From NCBI GenBank assembly GCA_963678315.1, contig OY782781.1, positions 1,504,001 to 1,568,000 on the forward strand: DNA of 64,000 nt, read 5' to 3'. This DNA is from Candidatus Cloacimonadales bacterium (GTDB lineage: Bacteria; Cloacimonadota; Cloacimonadia; Cloacimonadales; JAFGVF01). The position numbers and the translations under genes were made by a program. Positions 56,287-64,000 of the stretch are shown one piece after another. Within the stretch, counting starts at the first letter, position 1, and every line of letters starts with the position of its first letter. The notes under the pieces were generated by a model. The model was not told the DNA's origin and did not search any database. It saw only the letters and a program-made list of their open reading frames with translations.

Positions 56287-59200
56287 TTATTTTAGCATTA
56301 TAGCTTTTCTTGTAGATTGGAACTCATCAGTGATTAATCTATAGAAGTAGATTCCTGATGAAACCTTTTGGTTATTGTCATCATTACCATTCCAAACAAC
56401 AGTATGATTACCTTTGTCTAATCTATCAGATACAAGAGTTTTAACTTTTTGACCTTTAACATTATAAACAATCATTGAAACTCTGCTATTATTCTTTAGT
56501 GAGAAGCTAATAGATGTTGAAGGGTTGAATGGATTAGGAATGTTTTGAGATAATGAATTAACTAAAGCATATTCAACTTCATTATCTGTTGTAACTTCAA
56601 CATGCCAAGTAGCACTTACAGTGAAAGATCCATCAGAAGCAAGACATTTAACAGTGTATTCAGCTGATTCAGTAAATACATAGTCAAGAGTGTCAGAAAC
56701 TTCACCGTCAACAACTTCATTGTCAATTTTCCATTGATAAGTAAGTTCACTATCGATATCTTCTACATCAACACCAAAAGCTACAGTATTACTTTCTGCA
56801 ACAAAATCTGATGTTTCAGGGAACTTATGAAGTAATCTAGGTCTATCATTAACAGGAGTAACTGTTACTAGCATTGATTCACTAATCACAGTATCATTAT
56901 AAGGATCTTGTGCTGAAACTGTGATAGCTTCTGTACCATTCCAGTTCTCAGCAGGGATAAGTGTAGCAATACCTTCTTCATCAACTTCTAAGGTGATGTT
57001 TTCTGATTCTGAAAGAGTGAATGTTAATTCATCATTGTTAGGATCTTTAAATACTGAGTATAAATCAATACCTGTATAATCATGGTCTTCTTCGAATGTT
57101 ACATCATTAAGTTCTGAGATAATAAATGGAGGTAACTGGCCAATTCTTGTTGTAATATAAAGAGCAAATTCATCTTCTAATGGATGACAAGCATCTGGGT
57201 ATTGGTTGTTATAAGTATATTCTAAACCAATAGTACCTGTGTGGTCTTCAATACCAACTGTAGCATATTCACCATGTGAGTTACCACCAGTAGCATCTAC
57301 ATTATTAATTTCTTTGTATTGGATTTTGATTGGAGCATCACCAGTTGCTGAGCCATAGAAATCAGGGTCATATAAAATAACTTGGAAAGTTTCTAAAGCA
57401 CTTGAACTGTACATGTTTTGCCAGTTTTCCCATTGAACAACAAAGTAGTGTTCACCTTGGTTATGTGATATCCATGTATGTGTTCCAGAAGTTTGTTTTA
57501 AATCATCCCAGAAAGGAGCAACCATTGGAGAAGCACCTAAAGGACCAGGAATTCTCCAGTTTCTAAAGGTAGATTGTTCAGTTTCACCAAAAGATAACCA
57601 ACCGTTAGAACAAATAGAAATTTGATCATATTCAATACCGTAGAATTTGAAAGTGAAAGGTAAGTCAACAGTTTCAACTTTCTCTTGATTAGCACCATTG
57701 TCGTTTAATTCAACTTCAGTACCAGTTCCACCTTCAGAAGGATCAAGTTCAATCCATTCATAAACAGGACATTCATCATATTCAGTATCATAAGAATCAT
57801 AGATAACATAACCATAAGCGTCTGTTCCGTAAGGGTCAGTTTCATTAGCGATACCAACTTGAACATTCATACCACAGAAAGTTTCATAATCACCATCGTT
57901 AACAGTAACTGTTAATGGAATCATATTTCCTGGTAAGAATTCATTGCTTGCAGTAATATTGAAACTTACATCTGCAGTTGCACCGATAGCTAATGCACCA
58001 AGAACAGCACTATCAGTATTAATAGTAACACGACTATCTGGTGATGATAATACAGCAGTACCATTAGCAAAGTCGCCAGTACCAATATTCTCTAAAGTAA
58101 TAGTAATATCTGAAGATGCACCTGGAGCAAAGTTTGAGTTTGCAACTGAAAGCTCATTAGATTGAACAGCTGGGCAGTGCATATCTAGATTAAATTGTCT
58201 TTTCCATGATTCACTATTTGTAGAAAGTTCAACAGTCATTGGAACAGTTTCATCAAAAGTAGTATTAGGTATAGTGATTTCAAATCTACTAGTTGTAGAA
58301 CCAGTTTGTGTTGCAGCAATATCTTCTAAGTCAACAATAGGTGTATCAACAATGATACCATTAACGAAAGAAGTAAGACTTGCTGAAATATTAACTAAGT
58401 CAGAAGAACCATTATTGATAGCTGTAACATCTATTTCATAGGTCTCGCCAGGAGTAACAAAGTCAACTTCTGTGTCATTATGATAAATAGTTACATCTTC
58501 AATATTTAGGTTTGCAGCATCTTGACCAAACATAACATCAAATTGCTTAACGAAGTAACCTTCTTTTGAAATAGTTAGTTTACCAGCACCTGTAGCATCA
58601 GCAGGGATATCAAAGAAGATTTGTCCCATTGAATTCATGTAGCCAGTGTAATAGTTTTCACCAATATTAAGTGTAACCCATGCATCTTCGAATGGAACGC
58701 CGTATTCATCAGCCATTACAGAGTATTGGTTAGCACCAGCAGGAACATTTTCAATTACTGTTGCTTGATAGTTGTTTGGATATTCTTTCCATACTCTTAA
58801 TGAAGAATCACCCATTAAGTTACAAATAGTAGAGAAGAATTGAACTCTTTCAGGTTTAGAAATATGATAAGCTTGCCATAAATAGTTTTTACCTCTATTT
58901 ACAGCTCCACCCATTGTCCAACCACCTTCAGAGAAGATATGACCAAAGATACCACCATTAAGGCAGTTATTAAATGTTGTATGAGTACCTGATGTTGCAA
59001 GACCAACTGAGCAAACACCACCAGTTTGGTTAGCAGAAGTACCTGCTCTTAAAAGAGCTTCAGTATTTGATGTACCTGAGTAGAAAGTACCTGTTGAACA
59101 TGTTAGAATAACAGTAATAGCAGGCATGTTAGCGTTTGTTAGAGCATTGATTTGTGATTCACCAAAGCCTTCCATACCGATCCAACCACGATAGTTAAAG

Positions 59201-60483
59201 TATAAAACACCATCGTTTAAACCAAATGGATTAGATGTACCATTAGAGATAACACTTGGGTCAAATGAATCAGCATAATATTCTGAGAATTCAAAGTCAT
59301 CATTATAGTCTGACATTATTTCTTTAACATATTTGTTAGTAATAATACATGATTGACCTGATGGTGATGTGTCACCAATTAAAAGTGCTCTATTAAAGTG
59401 TGTAGAATCAACTATTGTAGATTGCTTTTCAAAAATTACAGTCTTAGCAACTACAGTTGTTAACTGAGTTAAATTCTCTACAGAAAGTCTTCCAACAAAA
59501 ATATCTTCTAATTCATCATTACCTTCTAATTGAGCATAATAGTGATCTCCACCGCCACTGTAGCTTGTAGATAATTGATATACAGGAATAGAAGCTGAAC
59601 CAGATCCATCACCTACGAAAGTAACGTATGCAGGTGGATTTTCCCATGTATCATAAGCGTTTTGAATATAAGCTTTAATTGCTGATGTTGAAGAACCAGC
59701 TTCTGATGTGCTAGCAGTGTAAACTGTCCAACCTAGTTGTCTTCTCCAAGTGAAAAGGTTTTCTAGAACAGGACTACCATCAAAACTGCTATGATAAATA
59801 TAAAGAATTGTAGGGTTTTGGTAATCATCTCTAGTTGATTCTTGAGTGAAGTTTAAGATTGAACCAGCAAATAGTTCATCGAATTCTTTTGTTGGTTTAA
59901 TATTAGTATTTGTAACTTCATTTACACCAGGAGTGTTAACATCGAAGTTAACGGTAATGTTTGCTTTTTTAATAACTTGAAGTGTCTTTTGTGAGTCGTT
60001 ATATCTGAAAGGATTAAAGTTAATACTTACAACTCTTTTGTTTCTGATTACAGCAGGTTCACTGATAGCTGCAATTCTTGAAGGGTAAAAAACGTTTTTA
60101 GTATAAACACTTCTGTCAAAGGTAAGAGCTTGTTCTCTGTTTTCTCTGAATGGCTTAATGTGGATGTTTTTAATAGTTTCTTCTTCTAATACTTCAATCT
60201 CTAGTGTGGCTGTTCCATGATTAGGAATTTCGAGCATTGAAGAGTAAAATGGTAGTTCAGGTGATCCTACGTCGATTGTTACAGTTGGGACTTGAGTGCT
60301 AATGTAGTCTAATTTTGTAGCACCAATCATTTCTTGTTTAATTTCGAAGTCAGGGTTTTCAAATAAAATGTTTAGATCGGAGCGTGTTTGGTTTTCAACG
60401 TGGAATTGACCAAAAACGCTAATAGGAGCTAGCACAAGAACCATGCAAGCAATAACAAAAAAAAGGTTTTTTTTCTGATTCAT
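56287..60483 (-). CDS. Gingipain-like C25 cysteine peptidase with propeptide and C-terminal FlgD-Ig/secretion domain
   Basis: GSPELP, DHYYAQLEG.D...DIFVGRLS, CSTG, NLMGD; C-terminal QNIPNPFNPSTSISF...SSGIYFYRL. Confidence 0.88.
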   Translation of the reverse strand: MNQKKNLFFVIACMVLVLAPISVFGQFHVENQTRSDLNILFENPDFEIKQEMIGATKLDYISTQVPTVTIDVGSPELPFYSSMLEIPNHGTATLEIEVLEEETIKNIHIKPFRENREQALTFDRSVYTKNVFYPSRIAAISEPAVIRNKRVVSINFNPFRYNDSQKTLQVIKKANITVNFDVNTPGVNEVTNTNIKPTKEFDELFAGSILNFTQESTRDDYQNPTILYIYHSSFDGSPVLENLFTWRRQLGWTVYTASTSEAGSSTSAIKAYIQNAYDTWENPPAYVTFVGDGSGSASIPVYQLSTSYSGGGDHYYAQLEGNDELEDIFVGRLSVENLTQLTTVVAKTVIFEKQSTIVDSTHFNRALLIGDTSPSGQSCIITNKYVKEIMSDYNDDFEFSEYYADSFDPSVISNGTSNPFGLNDGVLYFNYRGWIGMEGFGESQINALTNANMPAITVILTCSTGTFYSGTSNTEALLRAGTSANQTGGVCSVGLATSGTHTTFNNCLNGGIFGHIFSEGGWTMGGAVNRGKNYLWQAYHISKPERVQFFSTICNLMGDSSLRVWKEYPNNYQATVIENVPAGANQYSVMADEYGVPFEDAWVTLNIGENYYTGYMNSMGQIFFDIPADATGAGKLTISKEGYFVKQFDVMFGQDAANLNIEDVTIYHNDTEVDFVTPGETYEIDVTAINNGSSDLVNISASLTSFVNGIIVDTPIVDLEDIAATQTGSTTSRFEITIPNTTFDETVPMTVELSTNSESWKRQFNLDMHCPAVQSNELSVANSNFAPGASSDITITLENIGTGDFANGTAVLSSPDSRVTINTDSAVLGALAIGATADVSFNITASNEFLPGNMIPLTVTVNDGDYETFCGMNVQVGIANETDPYGTDAYGYVIYDSYDTEYDECPVYEWIELDPSEGGTGTEVELNDNGANQEKVETVDLPFTFKFYGIEYDQISICSNGWLSFGETEQSTFRNWRIPGPLGASPMVAPFWDDLKQTSGTHTWISHNQGEHYFVVQWENWQNMYSSSALETFQVILYDPDFYGSATGDAPIKIQYKEINNVDATGGNSHGEYATVGIEDHTGTIGLEYTYNNQYPDACHPLEDEFALYITTRIGQLPPFIISELNDVTFEEDHDYTGIDLYSVFKDPNNDELTFTLSESENITLEVDEEGIATLIPAENWNGTEAITVSAQDPYNDTVISESMLVTVTPVNDRPRLLHKFPETSDFVAESNTVAFGVDVEDIDSELTYQWKIDNEVVDGEVSDTLDYVFTESAEYTVKCLASDGSFTVSATWHVEVTTDNEVEYALVNSLSQNIPNPFNPSTSISFSLKNNSRVSMIVYNVKGQKVKTLVSDRLDKGNHTVVWNGNDDNNQKVSSGIYFYRLITDEFQSTRKAIMLK

Positions 60484-60702
60484 ATAATACCTCTATTCTT
60501 CTTTTGTGTATATAAATCTGTGAAGTAAGAAATTAATCTTAATTCTGGGTTTCATGTAACACATTTACTACTTGTAATATTCGTTCCAAAACTTATATTT
60601 TCTTTGATAAAAGTTGTAAACAATGTTTATAGCTTTTAAGCCTATTTATTGGAATTAGTAAACGATATAGTCAATTAAATTGTTCTGTAAAAAGAATAAT
60701 AA

Positions 60703-61773
60703 TTATTGTTGATAGAGGAATTTATAGACTGCTGAAGTGTTGTTTTTAATTAATTGAATAAGAAGATTGTTATCAGGAAAATAGAGAGGACTTCCATCTG
60801 GGGTAATTGGTCCAACTTCTAAAGTGAAAACAAAAGTTCCGTGTTCACGATACAACCAATCTCTCAAATAACCATACTGCGAAGTGTAACCAGTGTAAAC
60901 TTCATACTTTTCCATACTATAAAGTCCGGGTAAATTGTTAACTAAATCCTTAGCTAAAGAGACAATCTTATCCCAGTCCTTAGATTTCTCTTCTACCCAA
61001 TTATAAGGAATGAAAACTAATTCGTTATAAGCGCCATTATAAGATGTATGATAGCTAAAGGCGTAATCGAAAGTTATTCTATTACAAAGAGATATAACTG
61101 ATTGAGTTTCATCTTCTGAAGCAGCTCCAGAGCCTTTGTAATAAGGGTTATCTGGATCATTTAAATCAGCAATTTCCCAGTTAGAAGGATAGTTTTTGTT
61201 CAAATCAACCCCGTCATACTCCAATTCAAATAGGCCATTTTCATTAGAATCAGTGTTGTTTTTTCTTTTCAGAGGATAGACACCATTGTTTACAATTTGA
61301 AAAGCTTCCGGATTTACTGTAGGCACAATCACAAAGTAGTACTTTTCTTTTAACTCTTTATACTCAGAAGAACTAGTAAGATCTTCTATGAATTTGATAG
61401 CGATTTCGACTCCTACAGGCTCTTCACCATGATGTTGTCCAATAATTAGAACTTTCTTGATGTCCTCAGCTATTTTTCTTTTTTCAAATGGCAAGTTGCT
61501 TGTATCTGCAAAAGAATGAATGTGCATGGCATAAATTGGTAATTTGTTATTTGTAGAATAACCAATTATCTCTAATTTGCTGTTAGATAGGTCTCTCGAA
61601 TGCAATTCTAACATTTCATCATCTAAATTATCCCAGCTATGGTAAGCTGTATCTAGAGGGTATTGATTAATCCCTTGTAGTAAAGAAAAAGAAAATATTA
61701 CAGCAAGCAGAAGAAGCTTATACATTAAGTTATCTGAAGATAGATTTTGCTTTGAATAATTCTGTATTATCAT
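60703..61773 (-). CDS. M14 zinc carboxypeptidase
   Basis: HHGEE, PTVNPE, RKN, GVDLNKNY, SYHT and FTLEV motifs. Confidence 0.88.
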   Translation of the reverse strand: MIIQNYSKQNLSSDNLMYKLLLLAVIFSFSLLQGINQYPLDTAYHSWDNLDDEMLELHSRDLSNSKLEIIGYSTNNKLPIYAMHIHSFADTSNLPFEKRKIAEDIKKVLIIGQHHGEEPVGVEIAIKFIEDLTSSSEYKELKEKYYFVIVPTVNPEAFQIVNNGVYPLKRKNNTDSNENGLFELEYDGVDLNKNYPSNWEIADLNDPDNPYYKGSGAASEDETQSVISLCNRITFDYAFSYHTSYNGAYNELVFIPYNWVEEKSKDWDKIVSLAKDLVNNLPGLYSMEKYEVYTGYTSQYGYLRDWLYREHGTFVFTLEVGPITPDGSPLYFPDNNLLIQLIKNNTSAVYKFLYQQ

Positions 61774-62488
61774 CTTTTCTTATTATTGAATGAGTGAATT
61801 CTTTAGCTGATAATTTACATGTTTCAATCTTTAGTTTATCTCCAAATCGTGCTTCCTTGATAAAATTAGAGTTAATTTCTACAAGGGGTGTATATTGATC
61901 TAAATAATCTGCGATAGAGTCAATCAACATATCTAAATATACAATATTGTTCATGTGCCCATTGATATCTATATCTGTGAATCTAACTTGTTTCTCAAAA
62001 GAATTCACAAGGTCATTTTCTTGAATAAGAACTTTATCTATTTTGTTGTTATAGAAATCATTATTGATTTTAGTCACTTCAGGAAGTCGTATCTTTGACA
62101 TAGGTATAATTCTTCTTTTTTCAAGGTTAATGATTACCCATTCTGTTTTTACTTTTACAAGCTCATTTTCTTTTTCATCAACGACTAAGAAATTTCTAAA
62201 AGCTGTAATTTTTGTAACATAAGAACACCATGTGTATACTTTAAACTTCTCTAAAGCATTAGGTAAACGAGTAATATTTATTAATTGTTTAGTAAGAACC
62301 CAAGCCCCATTTTGTGATTTTAAATCATCAAATCCTATTCCAAGAATTTCAGAATGCTTTGAAGCTAATTCTTGTAAGTATTTAAATATATCGGAGATTT
62401 TCATTGTTCTAAAATAACTAGTATTATAAGTTTCAACTTCATAGTTTCTTTCAAGAACTCCGGAACTATTCTTTAGCAAATCTAGCAT
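61730..62488 (-). CDS. Acyl-ACP thioesterase
   Basis: YLQELA..H, WVL and VRFTDIDINGHMNN motifs. Confidence 0.9.
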   Translation of the reverse strand: MLDLLKNSSGVLERNYEVETYNTSYFRTMKISDIFKYLQELASKHSEILGIGFDDLKSQNGAWVLTKQLINITRLPNALEKFKVYTWCSYVTKITAFRNFLVVDEKENELVKVKTEWVIINLEKRRIIPMSKIRLPEVTKINNDFYNNKIDKVLIQENDLVNSFEKQVRFTDIDINGHMNNIVYLDMLIDSIADYLDQYTPLVEINSNFIKEARFGDKLKIETCKLSAKEFTHSIIRKDDNTELFKAKSIFR

Positions 62489-63615
62489 TATTCCACCATC
62501 CAATCAATTAGTAATTGTTCCCAATAACTTGCATTTAAGTGTTTTAAACTAGTTAAGGAAATTCCAATTAATCTTACTTTTCTTTCAGTATTATAACTGT
62601 CAATCAAAAGTCTTCTCGCCTCCTTTTCAATCTTTCCTTTTTCATTAACAAATTCTCTCAAACTCACTGATCTTGTTAAAGTCTCAAAATTGCTGTATCT
62701 TAGTTTCAGAGTAATCGTTTTTATTTTAATGTTTTCTAGAATTATCTTAGAATGGAGTTTATTTACAATCTTTTCTAAATGTTTAAAAAGACTTGCTAAA
62801 TCACCAATATCATTATGGAAGGTAGATTCTTTACCTATGGATTTTCTGGTATGGGATGTGGCTACTTCTCTATTATCAATCCCTCTTACAAGATAGTAAT
62901 ATTGGAATCCGATTTTCCCAAAAGTATCCATTAACCAAGTAAGTTCTTTCTTTAGTAGATCTTTTCCAGTGAATATACCATGGTTTTTCATATTATTAGC
63001 AGTAGATTTTCCGATTCCATGGAATTTCTTTATGGGAAGATTAGAAAGAACTTCAATTGCTTTATCAGGCGTTATGACACATAATCCATCTGGTTTATTC
63101 ATATCTGAACCTATCTTAGCAAGAAACTTATTGTAAGAAACTCCTGCTGAGGCTGTTAGTCTGACTTCCTGTTTGATTCTTTCCCGTATCTTTTGGGCAA
63201 TTCTTGTAGCAGAAGGAATATCAAATTTATTCTCTGTTACATCTAAATATGCCTCATCTAAAGAAACAGGCTGTACTTTATCGGTGAATTCTCTGAAAAT
63301 ATTGAAGATTTGTTCCGTGGCTTCTTTGTAAGCTTCATATCTACCTCTCACAAATATTCCATGTGGACATAATTTATGGGCTGTTGTTGCTGGCATTGCT
63401 GAATGAATTCCATATTTTCTCGCTTCATAAGAACAAGTTGAAACAACTCCCCGTTCACCCACAGAACCTCCTACAATTACAGGTTTACCCCGTAATTCTG
63501 GAAAGTCTCTTTGCTCTATTGAGGCAAAGTAAGCATCCATATCAACATGGATTATTTTCCTAATTTTCTTCTCAATTTTTAGTGAATTCTCATTGTACAA
63601 AGTTCCAGTCTCCAT
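62488..63615 (-). CDS. dinB: DNA polymerase IV
   Basis: IIHVDMDAYFASIE, CSYEAR, SLDEAYLD, KFLAK..SD.NKPDG and RKSIGKE motifs. Confidence 0.97.
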   Translation of the reverse strand: METGTLYNENSLKIEKKIRKIIHVDMDAYFASIEQRDFPELRGKPVIVGGSVGERGVVSTCSYEARKYGIHSAMPATTAHKLCPHGIFVRGRYEAYKEATEQIFNIFREFTDKVQPVSLDEAYLDVTENKFDIPSATRIAQKIRERIKQEVRLTASAGVSYNKFLAKIGSDMNKPDGLCVITPDKAIEVLSNLPIKKFHGIGKSTANNMKNHGIFTGKDLLKKELTWLMDTFGKIGFQYYYLVRGIDNREVATSHTRKSIGKESTFHNDIGDLASLFKHLEKIVNKLHSKIILENIKIKTITLKLRYSNFETLTRSVSLREFVNEKGKIEKEARRLLIDSYNTERKVRLIGISLTSLKHLNASYWEQLLIDWMVE

Positions 63616-64000
63616 TTATTAAATTAACTAATACTTAATTTAGTAAAGATTAGTTACAAGTCAATTAATATTTTTTAATATGTAACTCCTCTTTCACAAG
63701 GTCTCTACATAACCGTAATAAGTTCACTCTTACTGGTCTCCTTGAAAAATCGGCTTTTTTTCAATGGGGCAAGTAAGGCAGAAGTGGAGAGTTAGGAATA
63801 ATGGAGTGTAAGCATCCACCGATAGTTTGAAGAAACTTCATGCTTACGCTAAGATGTTGTATTGTCCTGTAAAGACATATCACAACAAAGCCCATGATTT
63901 CAATCGAGGGTAATATGAGGGGAATTGAAAATGATAATTAGCATGTAGTATTTGTTGAATGAATGTTATATGTATTAAACAAAATAATAATAGATATGAG

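Noticed and set aside
63..63563. Many 60-120-aa ORFs antisense to or overlapping recognised genes
   Set aside because: Shadow ORFs with no motifs or RBS support
63698..63730. Purine riboswitch-like string (TCTAC...ACCGTAA)
   Set aside because: P2 stem-loop and P1 pairing are not present

Overview
AT-rich bacterial chromosome segment. The gingipain-like C25/FlgD-Ig protein and overall gene style suggest Cloacimonadota (inference). 1-16.3 kb is housekeeping: kdsA-kdsC-lptC-lptA-like-lptB-rpoN-lpdA-lipA-raiA-hprK-ptsH-ptsI-pgi, then a Xer recombinase, a GNAT and a methyltransferase. 16294-49028 is an apparently complete 32,735-bp Mu-like transposable prophage with a non-contractile tail. It has a 5-bp target duplication (GAAAA), unusual TAA...TTA termini, arrays of ~18-bp end motifs, and it split a host palindrome on insertion. 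Most notable phage features: (1) a repeat array (TGTCCA[GCA]TTT) inside the transposase gene; (2) a composite site near the genome centre joining an end motif to that repeat; (3) several co-oriented REP-like palindrome families, some in-frame inside phage proteins and some nested in each other; (4) a portal-MuF fusion with an extra C-terminal domain; (5) divergent late operons; (6) tandem membrane-protein morons; (7) a HEPN-motif gene; (8) a Dam methylase with no canonical start codon; (9) a -1 frameshift tail chaperone. 49.2-64 kb is host again: degenerate sensor/receiver pair, glutaredoxin, GAF, PfkB-like kinase, CAAX protease, C25 peptidase, M14 peptidase, thioesterase and dinB. All family assignments come from motif recognition by eye; no database search was run.
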